A stretch of 33,917 nucleotides of DNA from Octopus bimaculoides (lineage: Eukaryota): positions 110,661,831 through 110,695,747 of the forward strand of contig NC_068986.1 of assembly GCF_001194135.2 (NCBI RefSeq), written 5' to 3'. Within the stretch, counting starts at the first letter, position 1, and each line of letters opens with the position of its first letter. The translations under genes were made by a program, and so were the position numbers. Of the stretch, positions 1-11,749 are shown piece after piece. Below the pieces are notes generated by a model. The model worked only from the letters and a program-made list of their open reading frames with translations. It had not been told where the DNA came from and made no database searches.

Positions 1-53
<53 letters not shown>

Positions 54-150
54 ATATGTATATGCATATGTATATATATATGTGTGTGTTTGTGTGTGCG
101 TGTGTGTATGTGTGTGTGTGTGTGTATGTGTGTGTGTGTGTGTGTATGCA
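1..150. repeat. (TA)n/(TG)n microsatellite
   Basis: Directly visible dinucleotide arrays. Confidence 0.97.
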
Positions 151-695
151 CACACACGCTCTTTCAAGCTAATCAGTTTTGTTGGTCTCTTACAAAACAC
201 ATACCTACGTTGAAACAATCAACAACAAACAAAGAGCATCGATATCTGATAACCGATTCTATTCCTCATCGTCGAATGGTTGTTTATAGAGATGAGAGTG
301 TGGTGACAATGCTGACGTAGAAGTGCACCAGAATAAACATTTCCAAACACAAATAGCATTTCGATATTTCTTCGTTGTATCGTCGTTAACATCCACATCT
401 ATATAATTTCCTAATTGCTTTATAGAGTCAATAGAGTCTGCGGAATCCTTTGAAATCTTCAGCTCATGATTACATATAATTTTATATGTTAAATTGTTAC
501 AAGCTTATCTATGACGCCTTAGGAATTTCAATTATAGAAATGAATCTTAGTGTTTCGCTTTTATTCTATTCCGAGAATAAATAATTTAAGGTTAATAAAC
601 AATTTGTTTCGTGAAGCGAAAATTAACTCTACGTGGAAGAAGATTTATATTCTTGGCAGATTTAACTCTGAACTATTACTGGAATTTGTTCGCAA

Positions 696-792
696 AAACA
701 ACAACAACAACAACAACAACAACATCACCACCACCACCACCACCATCACCAATAATATTAATAATAATAATAATAATAATAAGAAGAAGAAG
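696..792. repeat. Compound trinucleotide microsatellite (AAC)n(CAC)n(AAT)n(AAG)n
   Basis: Four adjacent trinucleotide tracts are visible. Confidence 0.95.
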
Positions 793-1225
793 AATAAATG
801 CCCTGGTGCAGTACCAGGTAGTCGCTTTTATGGCTTTCCATCTTAACTGATTGGAAGTGTTATCATGTACATTGTTTTGTCTTGGTATAAAGATGGGCTA
901 CAACAAATATTCTGCTCAAAATCAAAAATCTTTTGTCAGCTGTTTGACCTTAACCAGATGAGCATGTCCCTTAGTGGCAGTAGCAGATGATATGTGCATC
1001 TCTGATGAGGAGCAGAAGTAGTGGAGGAACATCATAGCCATGTGGTGAGAGGAATACTTTGGAATTTGAATAAATAACATCTGGAAACGTTGGTGTTTGA
1101 TTTAATATCCTTTGATTTAATATCCCTTATTCAGGGACCTTTTGAGCGAGATGGGCTACTCGACCTGAAATAAATTCTAACCGGGCCGCGCCTGCAAGGT
1201 CATGCGCTGTTAATCTTCATATGAG
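793..1225 (+). mobile_element. Interspersed repeat, probably the 3' UTR of a non-LTR retrotransposon
   Basis: Non-coding block of higher GC (AATGCCCTGGTGCAGTACCAGG...CCTGCAAGGTCATGCGCTG) bounded by trinucleotide tracts. It resembles a high-copy octopus repeat from memory; no database check. Internal 15-bp tandem duplication TTTGATTTAATATCC at 1096-1125. Confidence 0.45.
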
Positions 1226-1243
1226 ATAATAATAATAATAATG

Positions 1244-1307
<64 letters not shown>

Positions 1308-1316
1308 TAATAATAA
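1226..1316. repeat. (AAT)n microsatellite
   Basis: About 30 near-perfect AAT units. Confidence 0.97.
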
Positions 1317-1466
1317 ACAGGAAAAGGAATATATAAGTCATTTCCAAATAAAATTCCAGAATTTGACGTGCTAGAAACAAGCACAGAAAACGCTAAGCGT
1401 ATGAAAACCCGTGCTAAAATTGCTGCCTTAAAGATTCTTACTGATAAATGGCAAGAAAAATCTCTC
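1317..1466 (+). mobile_element. R4/Dong-clade non-LTR retrotransposon internal fragment (post-RT region)
   Basis: Plus frame reads ...ETSTENAKRMKTRAKIAALKILTDKWQEKSL. This resembles the W.EKPLHG.Y segment between RT and the CCHC knuckle of R4/Dong proteins. Confidence 0.65.
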
Positions 1467-1471
1467 AGTGA

Positions 1472-1641
1472 TTTAGTCATCTGTCAAGTCACAACACGGA
1501 CCTCAGACAGATAATACTTTCCTTCAGATGTGCGCTCTGACCAATAAGGCTGCTTTTTGCAAGACGTCAATCTTGCATGGGGTTTCCAGTTGCCTTTAGA
1601 AATCTTGAAGTTTCAGTTGCATTGAGCTAAACGCTCCGACT

Positions 1642-1643
<2 letters not shown>
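1472..1643 (-). mobile_element. R4/Dong-clade RLE C-terminus plus partial 3' UTR (family B)
   Basis: The reverse complement aligns by eye with 25130-25290 in this window (AAACTTCAAGA...CCCATGCAAGATTGA.GTCTTGCAAAAAGC.GCC...AAAGTATTATCTGTCT.AGGTC..TGTTGTGACTTG.CAGATGACTAAA). Confidence 0.88.
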
Positions 1644-1672
<29 letters not shown>

Positions 1673-1727
1673 TAATAATAATAAATGCTTTATTATTATT
1701 ACTATTATTATTATTATTATTATTATA

Positions 1728-1778
<51 letters not shown>
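1642..1778. repeat. (AAT)n followed by (ATT)n inverted microsatellite
   Basis: AAT tract 1642-1684, short TGC spacer, ATT tract to 1778. Confidence 0.93.
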
Positions 1779-1823
1779 ATTTCTATGCAATGAGTCTAAC
1801 GCTGGACATGTGCGAAGGTGTCA

Positions 1824-1854
1824 GCTACTACTACTGCTGTTGCTGCTGCTGCTG

Positions 1855-1911
<57 letters not shown>
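1824..1911. repeat. (CTA)n(CTG)n(CTA)n compound microsatellite
   Basis: Directly visible. Confidence 0.95.
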
Positions 1912-2219
1912 TAGCTGAGAATATTTACCTGCATGTATGTCTCCTCATTAGGATTTGAACTACGATGCAAAATATATAAAAGTTGCTTAATTATTTATTG
2001 ACTTGCTAATTTCGATAGTTAAAAATATAATACTGTTATGATTATTATTATATGAATCAAGTTGAATGCTATAACGGGTCGAATGATAGATTCCCAGAAA
2101 TATCACATGTCTACCCTATAGTATCGATCAGGTGAAAATACTGGGAGGTCAATATCGATCCCAGGTGGGATACTATCCACTTCAACCCGTAATGAAAAGA
2201 CGTTTTTTTAATATAAATG

Positions 2220-2253
<34 letters not shown>

Positions 2254-2689
2254 TGGTTGGATATATGTATGTATCTCTTAAAATACGCAGAAATATATGT
2301 GTGCATGTATGTGTGTGTTTATGTGATGGGTTTGCGTGTGTGCATGCGTGCATACTTTTATATATGTATGTGTGTACGCGTGTATGTATATAGAATCCTA
2401 CACCATTTTTACCTGGCGTTTCAGAGCTTCTACCCCAGACCCTACCACACAGACAGCATTGCTAATAAATATAATATCAATAAATATATCAATAAACCAT
2501 CGTTAATTATTGAACTAGAAACTTATCGGACAGTAAAGCACGAAATAGCAATAGAAACATCTTGGTAGTGCGTCACCGTATTGTCTACTGAGAAGTGCGA
2601 GGTTCTTTAGGGAGATATTTACTGAACGGAACACATAAAATAGTTTATATGTTGTATAATTTCATTCTGTTGAACAACTAAAATTTATT

Positions 2690-2881
2690 AAGCAGACACA
2701 TACATACAGAAATACATACAGAAATACATACAGAGATATATACGCACTTGGATGTATACATACATGCATATATATTTATGTTCATGTGTTTTTAACGTCC
2801 TGTACCCATGTACGCATGTATATATACATATATATGTAGGTATATACATATATGTATGTATATATTTATATATAATACTTA

Positions 2882-2969
<88 letters not shown>

Positions 2970-3296
2970 TATACATATACATGTATGCATGGATACATAT
3001 ATAAGTGTATGTATGCATATACATATATATACATATATACATATGCATTCATATATGTATATATATATACACACACGCATACATATATATCTCCATAAAA
3101 ATCACACGTATAAGCATATGTATGTCCTCACAAATATATTTATATGTCATTATATACACATACATAAATGTGTGTGTGTGTGACTGTGTGTGTGTGTGTG
3201 ACTGTATGTATGAGTATGTGTGTATGTATATATGCATACAAGACACACGTATAAATATATGATGTCTGCTCACAAAATTATAGAATCTTACGTCAT

Positions 3297-3335
<39 letters not shown>

Positions 3336-3345
3336 CCAAACACTT
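2690..3345. repeat. Low-complexity TA/TG/TATG region with (ATT)n at about 2882-2960
   Basis: Directly visible; includes a 12-mer TACATACAGAAA repeated about 3 times near 2700-2735. Confidence 0.9.
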
Positions 3346-3679
3346 ATACACGCATACCATATGAACTGTATACACTGCCATACGCAAGTACATTCTCACA
3401 CACTTATATACTATCCATCTTGCCATCTATGTATGTAAGCTTACATATTTGTTCGAAACATTTTTTATTCACATATTACTGTGAAAAAAAAGGACAATTA
3501 TTTAAGTTATTTCTTAGTGATCGCAAAGGTAATTATATCTCCATTTTAAACTGCCATTGTTAGAATGATTTAAAGGGAATAGAGTGATATTCTGAAATAT
3601 CTATGGTATAGAGTGCCGCTCGTTTCCAAAATTGGTCCCCGTATCTTTAGCTCTAGAATGATCCGTACAGTATCATCTA

Positions 3680-4846
3680 GAAGGTGATGACACGAAATGT
3701 AGACATAATTATTCACGTAACATCTCAAATTTGAATATCCTCAATATAGCCCAGAAAATGTAGATTAAGTTGATATATTTAATTTTTAATATATCCACAC
3801 TTTGCGGGGTCCAACCCATGGAGTTTCGGAACAAATTGAGAATAAGTTGCATGAACAGATTCTTCGGGATTTCGTCCCAGCATTTTTGCAAATGGTTCTC
3901 AAGATCTCTTAGACTCACAAGAGAATTAGCACAGGATTTGCTCTTAAGCATAGATCATATGTCAAAGTCCGACGTTTTCAGCTCGGGTGAAGAGGTGGGT
4001 CAGAGCTCCTTCGACCCGAATGCCTTGACATTTCCTCGATATTATTCTTGGACAGTTTTAGCTGTATGAGATGTTGCTCCATCTTGTTGGAGGGCTACAA
4101 TTTCGTTTCCCATTGCGGCAATAACCCAAAGCGCTACTTTATCCTTTTATATGTCTGTCCAAATAAACGTGTTGGTTAACTCACACCATCTTCAATGAAG
4201 ATTAGAGGTGATTTTTATGCCATTTATCCGCCCACACCTTGATGGATGCCGCCGAAACGATACCCTTTGTTCAACAGGAATCTATTTACTACATATGTAA
4301 GATCATTTTTGGGATTGTGGCATACTTGTACACTGAATAACTTTTCATCTACGCAGTGTTGGTAGCTGCGTGTCATCTTTCAGCTTTTGCAGAAGAAGCT
4401 TTGCTCTTTGCAGTCTTGTTTTCTTTTTGGCGGCTACAGACAAAATATGTGCGTTTGATATCTTGTATGGCAATAATTGAAGATCATTTCTCAAAAATTT
4501 ATGCATAGTTCAATAACTGGTACCAGTTTCTGATGCGAGTATATCTGAGTTACGCCTGATATTTTCTTTGCTGTTTTTGATGCGTTTTTGAATTTTCATT
4601 GGTCGAGGTGGAGCAGTTCTCACTTTTGGTAAGCAAAAACCGGTCTCTTTTTTTTTTCGTTTGATTAATTTATAGACTCCTGATCTGCTGACAGTGGGTT
4701 TCAATATCTTGAAAATCTCGCTTTGAGTTTCCCTTTCTTGAATAGCCCTTCAATTGCTTTATTTATTCCACTCATTCCAGCTTGAATACTCGCTTGAAGT
4801 ATTAAATTTAAGTAAAATAAATGTCTACACTAGGTTTCACACCCTC
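3680..4846 (-). mobile_element. Decayed full-length DD37D (maT-type) Tc1/mariner transposon
   Basis: N-terminal HTH-like VSRSGVYKLIKR..ETG; DEKLFSV; QQDGATSH...PTSSPELKTSDF with exactly 37 codons between D (4081-4083) and D (3967-3969). Degenerate TIRs: GAAGGTGATGACACGAAATGTAGACAT at 3680 versus the reverse complement of 4820-4846, GAGGGTGTGAAACCTAGTGTAGACAT. Multiple stops and frameshifts. Confidence 0.9.
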
Positions 4847-5082
4847 TCTTACTAAACATTATAACATTCGGATGTTAGTACGATCAATCTTTTAACGTCA
4901 AGCCGAGCAACATTCGGTCGTAACACTTTCGATGATACGGAATGGTTTCCGACTTTCTGATGCATTTATAAGAACAGCTTGTAATACATCTAAGTAGACC
5001 CAGCAATTACTGTATTGGGCGTAGTCTCTCTGATGTTTATTTCAAGTGTTTAAATTCAGCACACCTGAAAATCGGTATTGTG

Positions 5083-5288
5083 CTAAATAACTGAAGACAC
5101 ACGGTGGATGATAACTGATTTTTTACAAAAGTAAATCCTCATAAGAACTCTACTGGAATGGTATAGCCGTTGAAAGACGCAGTGATCAGGGAGAATGGTT
5201 AGAGAAAATGTGAAGATCGATACCAAAATTTCCAAGGATCGAACTGCTTCTAAGACCGAGATTTCTTCGGAAAGTTGCTTTGCCATGT
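5083..5288 (-). CDS. Candidate terminal exon of an unknown gene
   Basis: Acceptor ...CATTGACTACACAG at 5289-5290, then (D)MAKQLSEEISVLEAVRSLEIL...HRVSSVI*. No homology recognised. Confidence 0.2.
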
Positions 5289-6317
5289 CTGTGTAGTCAA
5301 TGGAACATCTCAGAACAGTTACAAAAACACCAAAGAAGAACTTTACATGTGTCACGTGACTAAAATAAGGCGTAAGGTTTCTGGCAGAGATAATTTAAAG
5401 TATGAAATCATAACGAAATAATAATTTTCATGCTCTTCAAGAAAACGTGTCCCCTTAATTTAAACAAAGGCGCTGAGTTTACAATAACACCGAAATAAGA
5501 AGCCTCACAGAAAGGAGATAACATTAATGTAACAAACCAATTGAAATATTCTAACGGAATATCGTGTCTGATAAAACAAGTCTGTATGTAGACAAGCGGC
5601 TAAGATGAGCAACCAACTTTAACGTCTACAAAGTAATTGTTGATCTTACATATACACACATATATACATACATACATATATTCTTATTCATGTGAAATAA
5701 CTTGAGTTTTAAACTCATATTGAATACACGACCATATTCGAGGTTCAAAAATGTTATTTGTTTCTCCTATATTTTTGCAGGTGTTGCTTAGAATTCGCCC
5801 CGAATAAAATGTCCCTAAATCCATCAGAAACAATAATGTTTCTGGATTTCTGACACTCATCTCCTGAATGTAAATTGTTAATGTCATGTATGAATCTCCT
5901 TACTATCTTAAGCATTTAGATTTATGGCCAGCTCGTGAAATGTGTGCGTTAAAGTTATATGTAATTATTGACACATGTGTCTTATGTATTACTTGTATGA
6001 TGTTTATTTTGCCATCATGTGTATACTAGCATTGCGATGCGCTATGAAAACTTTTTTCAAACATGACCGACCATTTTGGTAAGGAATTGTACGTAATTTT
6101 TGCTTATAAAATAATGGCTATGCGTATAGCTTTATGTGCTTTAAATCGTTCTGCACGATATGTTGCATTTGTTCATTATTACAACAGAAAAATCTGACTT
6201 TTATTTCCTCCGAGAAGAGAAAGTAAGTTTAAATCAGCTTGAATATAAGTGTTAATCGACTCCTAACAAAATATAAAATACACCATTTATATACTATATG
6301 CTATACTATATATATAT

Positions 6318-6497
6318 NNNNNNNNNNNNNNNNNNNNNNNNNNNNNNNNNNNNNNNNNNNNNNNNNNNNNNNNNNNNNNNNNNNNNNNNNNNNNNNNNNN
6401 NNNNNNNNNNNNNNNNNNNNNNNNNNNNNNNNNNNNNNNNNNNNNNNNNNNNNNNNNNNNNNNNNNNNNNNNNNNNNNNNNNNNNNNNNNNNNNNNN
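6318..6497. other. Assembly gap (N)
   Basis: N run flanked by (TA)n. Confidence 0.99.
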
Positions 6498-6522
6498 ATA
6501 TATGTATAATACTTATACATGC

Positions 6523-6568
<46 letters not shown>

Positions 6569-7745
6569 CTTTCGACATGTTTAACAAAACGTGAGGCCTG
6601 AACCAAATACCAATCAACTTTAGTAATTTAGTAAAGACACACACTGTTTGGTTAGAATACAGTTTGCATAAATTAACATTCTGGAGTCTATACAAATGTA
6701 TTTAAGGCACACAGTTTAACCATCTCACTACAGTTGTAAATTATTAAACATAAATGTCACTACTACTATATGAACCTGAAGATTGCATAGCTTAATACAT
6801 GAATGTACTAGGTCAATCAGAATGGATGTTTAATATTGTATTATTTCATTATATTTTATTATCTGATAAGATTGTAAATAAAACGTGAAAATCAAAGATG
6901 GAATATCTTTGAGTGATACACACATACACAAACACACACACACACATATTTATGCTGTCATGTAATCACTAAGTACCTAATGTAAAATTTCAACTTATGT
7001 TTAGTGGATTGCATATTGATAATAGTTTGCCTTTCTTCGTACCACGGTTTAGGTTTTTAATGGTGAAAATTTAACAAAAGTTTCAAGGATGGAAGAAGAC
7101 TGGAATTTACTCCATCTATACAATAGATAATTCCAGAGCAACTGGCATCTATCTCTGATATTTCAGGCCTCCCTGTCAAATTAGAATCATATTATGCGTT
7201 CATAAACGCAATACTAAATTCTTAGATCTGATTTGATCTCACAATTTACTTAGTCTCTAATCTTACATTCTCACCAAGCGATTTAAGATTTACTTTATAG
7301 CCAAAGATAGGTTGTTTGAAGTAGAATTTGACACGCTGGTATTTATAATATCTATATATTATCTCATTTAAAGTGGGTGTATTTATGCTAATATAATGAC
7401 ATATTTGCTTAAACGTATTATGAATGATAGGTGTCAAGCAATTTAAGTAGTAAACGAAGTTAATTAGAGTTGATAATTAGAAATAGGTTAATTATAGTAA
7501 CTGCTAGCAGTATATCTAATTGAAATATTTACATGAATATAAACAATTTTTTATGAGAAATAGATAACGGTTTATTAAGTGTCGCTTTATGTTTAATCAT
7601 CGGTGAGGTTTTAACGATGTGAGATATTCCTGTTAGTTTGAACAAAATTTAGGAGCTGGTTTCTAATTGCTGTTGCTATTTTTGTCTTTGCAGCTTCGTC
7701 TTTGCTGCAGGAAGATTCTCATTCTCCAAACCTAAATATAGTTGT

Positions 7746-8375
7746 TTATTATTATTCTCCTTATTTAGTAGTCTTATTTTCATCACGTGATTTCGCTGCA
7801 CTGCCGAGTGCAGCTCTGTGTGCCTTGGATATGCGCTGTGGTTTATTGTGGTGCTCTTGTTTTTACTGTATTGAAAGTTCTTTATCCAGGTTGTGCGCGG
7901 GGCCTAGTAGTGCTATTGTTTTGTAAGTTATAGATATTCGCAAGTCATGCTGTTTTGGAAATGTATTTGTCAGAATTATTTTAAATCATACCTAATGTGC
8001 CTAGTATTATAGTGATTGTTTCTGCATTCAGGCTCCACGTTGGGTTTAACTCTATTTCTAGATAATCGTATTCTGAGAGTCTCTCCGTTTCTTTCAGGGA
8101 AAAGTTGTCATCTTTTGGTAATGATACATCAATTAGCAGGCATTTTATTTCTGGTCGATCTCTGATAACTACACCCGATCTATTAGACTTAATTTCTCAG
8201 TCTGTATGCATTGACTTTGTCATTTTCTGTGACATTTTCTGGGGTGTGTCTATACAATCTTTTCTTTGTTGTTATTCCATAGTGTTGGTATAGCTTCCAG
8301 TGTATATAGGTGCCAACTCTGCCATGTCTGGAGATATATTCCTTCTTAGCCAGGACTGGGTTATATATATTATTA
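7746..8375 (-). mobile_element. R4/Dong-clade retrotransposon 3' fragment (family C): end of CCHC region, RLE endonuclease, 3' UTR
   Basis: Minus strand reads PVLAKKEYISRHGRVGTYIHW...NRSGVVIRD...CLLIDVSLP...ERLSEYDYLEIE...ITIILGTLGMI...NIYNLQ. This matches the RHD, PD..D.K and GALG motifs of RLE domains. The 3' UTR ends in a degenerate AAT tail near 7746-7765. Confidence 0.9.
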
Positions 8376-9434
8376 ATATGTTCTTTCTATCAGAGGTTTT
8401 GTTGGAACTTCCGGAGTCATGTATGCGTAGCGGGCTTGCTATCTGCAGCCTACGGTACCATGCATGTTTCTTAGCAAGCTCAACCTCTTATGTAATAATT
8501 ACTCAACGTGGAGTTCTCAGCTAGCTACTTATTGGGCCGATAATCATATGAAGGTTACATCGCCATTTGGGAATCCCAAGTTAACTCACCGAAGGTGTAA
8601 TTTGGAGTGAGTGGTGAAGCCGGAAGAAGAGAATACAAATTACAGCAACTGCCTTAATGAGCGAAGCGACCTTATTCTTAATTTCAAACGCAAATTATGC
8701 TTTACACTCTTACAGTACAATAATAATGCCTTCCCCGATAACACCCAAGCTAATCCCCCTACAGCCCTCCCACTTAAATTTCTTCTTCGTATTTATAACA
8801 TTGCCTTTTGAGTTATTTTTAAAACGTATTTTCTTAACTTTGCGATGACTTTATATCTTCTGGGCTGCATATCAGGATATGATTGCACCTACGCATATCT
8901 CATGCTTTTCTTTATTCTTAGCAACTTTATACGATTCCCCACTCTCAAATATTTGATCTCTTTCTTCTCTTTTCTGCAAACATTTGTTCTTTTGTTTTGT
9001 GTTGTTTATTTCTTATTTCTATTCTGTTCTTGCTTCTCCACACCTTTCGAATTTCATCTTACTTAAGGTAATTTGAGATTTTCTAACGACAATATGTAAC
9101 CTTCTTATAATTAAGGCACCTTCCGCCTGAAGAGTTGTTAGCTGAGTACACTACGTTTAATAATTATTACGTCACAGTATTTGCTAGCTAAGTCACCATA
9201 TGTAGTTTGAATTTTACCTGTTACACTCATTCAATTTGAACTTTTATTCGCAGTCATTGCAAATTTGTTGCTAACCGTGATCTACACAGAAATTCTTTCT
9301 GCTTATCGAAATTCTATATTCGAAAGCCTAAAGCCGTCAACAACAATAAGTTATTATTATTCTTCCTGTATGTCGTTTTTTTATACCTACCACAGACTGC
9401 TACACTTAGATCCTTGGATTTTACAATTACATAT

Positions 9435-9603
9435 ACATTCATACACACACATACACACACTCACACGTACACCCATAAGCACACACATATAAATATATGT
9501 ATATATATGTGTTTGCATTTCTATGTATATATATATATATATATACATTTATATATATTCATATACACATCTATATGTACACACACACACACACACACAC
9601 ACT

Positions 9604-9646
<43 letters not shown>

Positions 9647-9690
9647 TTATACATACTGCCAAATATATGTTTGTAACATCTATATATATA
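9435..9690. repeat. (CA)n/(TA)n low-complexity region
   Basis: Directly visible. Confidence 0.92.
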
Positions 9691-10070
9691 TAAATAAGGA
9701 TAAGATCGATATTTAAAATATTGATCTTATCAAGTGGTCAGCATGGGAATAAAAACCATCAAAGGTAATAATTATTTAAAATTATAATACAGGGTATCTA
9801 AGAGATACCACCACGCTGAAAAATAGCAGTCAAATCCTGACTCTAAAACCACAATAAATGTCCACATAGCATGAGTAGCGAAGACGAAGACCAAATAAAC
9901 CAGTAAAAATAACAAGATAATTCCAAATCCTGGATTTCTGGCATTGCATAAATAATAATGCTTTGCCTTCATCAGTGGAATATACTCAAGTACATAAATA
10001 CAAATACATGTATATAAACAGTATTCTTACATATACGGACGTATACATACATATATATGCACGTATGCAC

Positions 10071-10506
10071 NNNNNNNNNNNNNNNNNNNNNNNNNNNNNN
10101 NNNNNNNNNNNNNNNNNNNNNNNNNNNNNNNNNNNNNNNNNNNNNNNNNNNNNNNNNNNNNNNNNNNNNNNNNNNNNNNNNNNNNNNNNNNNNNNNNNNN
10201 NNNNNNNNNNNNNNNNNNNNNNNNNNNNNNNNNNNNNNNNNNNNNNNNNNNNNNNNNNNNNNNNNNNNNNNNNNNNNNNNNNNNNNNNNNNNNNNNNNNN
10301 NNNNNNNNNNNNNNNNNNNNNNNNNNNNNNNNNNNNNNNNNNNNNNNNNNNNNNNNNNNNNNNNNNNNNNNNNNNNNNNNNNNNNNNNNNNNNNNNNNNN
10401 NNNNNNNNNNNNNNNNNNNNNNNNNNNNNNNNNNNNNNNNNNNNNNNNNNNNNNNNNNNNNNNNNNNNNNNNNNNNNNNNNNNNNNNNNNNNNNNNNNNN
10501 NNNNNN
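10071..10506. other. Assembly gap (N)
   Basis: N run followed by (TA)n. Confidence 0.99.
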
Positions 10507-10550
<44 letters not shown>

Positions 10551-11749
10551 GTATGTATATATTTACACACACATACACATACACGTATATATTTACGCAT
10601 GTTATATCTATCGTACCCATAATTCCAGATTCCAGTGCGGCTTCTGTATTTTCACTCAAGGCGTTCAAACAAGATTATATTACAACACGTACACCTCCAA
10701 TATCAGAGATGTTTCCATTCCGACATTCAAAATATTTGTAAGAAGTAGATATTAAGTACGACTCTGAAGATCAGTTGAACTTTGCTGGTGGACTTCAAAC
10801 TTTAACTGCACTGTTTGTTGTCTGGTAGCTGCCGGCTCTATGAAGTTGGAACGGAACTATAGCACTAAACCTATTTCAGTCTTAGGAGAACTGGTGCGTT
10901 TCATGCATCAAAACAAATCCGGAAGCGTTCATGATTTTCATTGGTTATTTATGTCTAAAACATTCATTCACACTGATTCACAAAGACACATGCACACCCA
11001 CAGCTGATCATAATGCAGATTTGGAAATATACTTATTTCACACGCACTTTCAGCAGCTCCATGATCTCCCACAGACATAAGAGAGACCCTTGTTTTACAC
11101 ACAAACACTTATGTCATTAATATCATACGTGTACATTTCCACACACACACACACAGACCACACATACCGCACATACACACACATACACACAAACACACAC
11201 TTAAACGGAATATTTAGAGTGAAGCTTTGTCGTATGAGGCTGAGGCAATTTAACATGAAATATAAAATTGATCACAAAAATTAAGTTAAGCGACAGTCAA
11301 AGGTTTATTTTAGATTTCGATAGTTCTGTGCTGTAACCCTTTGCCCAGGACACAGGAGAAATGAGAGGGCATCCGTCGCTGCTCAGATAAGAGCGAGAGG
11401 ATAGTGACATGCACAGACATATGTTGTTAGTGTATCCAACCTACCCCGTGTAAATCTTTTCGATTCTTTAAAGTTGGTCTCAAATTCTAAATACAAAGGG
11501 GGTACATTCATTCAAAATTTGCCTATATCACGCTGAGTGACCATGGTGGGCACTCTGCAGTTCTGACGATTCTGTAGGTACATGTGCATATTAACACCAA
11601 CAGAAGAGCCTGCTACAGGCTCAATCACTATAAATATAAACACACAAGAAACAACCCCGAAGGACAATGCAACAGTAGATCCCTAAATTGCTGCCCACAA
11701 GTCCATGATCTTGGACCCCAACAGAATAGCAAAGACTTATATCGGAATG

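Noticed and set aside
2085-2190. Possible decayed SINE family B core
   Set aside because: Only a few short matches; too diverged to support.
3770-4069. 99-aa plus-strand ORF
   Set aside because: Antisense shadow of the DD37D transposase.
5351-5360. Perfect palindrome GTCACGTGAC (CLEAR/E-box-like), plus other CACGTG sites
   Set aside because: Short motif with no promoter context; cannot be distinguished from chance.
5750-5860. Strong plus-strand acceptor (AG at 5779-5780), and another at 7692-7693
   Set aside because: No convincing exon partner or donor. Kept as a reminder that good acceptors arise by chance here.
8540-9070. Possible LINE remnant
   Set aside because: No recognisable EN or RT motif in any frame.
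10752-10837. Minus-strand acceptor with frame PAATRQQTVQLKFEVHQQSSTDLQSRT*; similar cases at 2515-2621 and 16180-16293
   Set aside because: Weaker or ambiguous phase and no homology; not listed as features.
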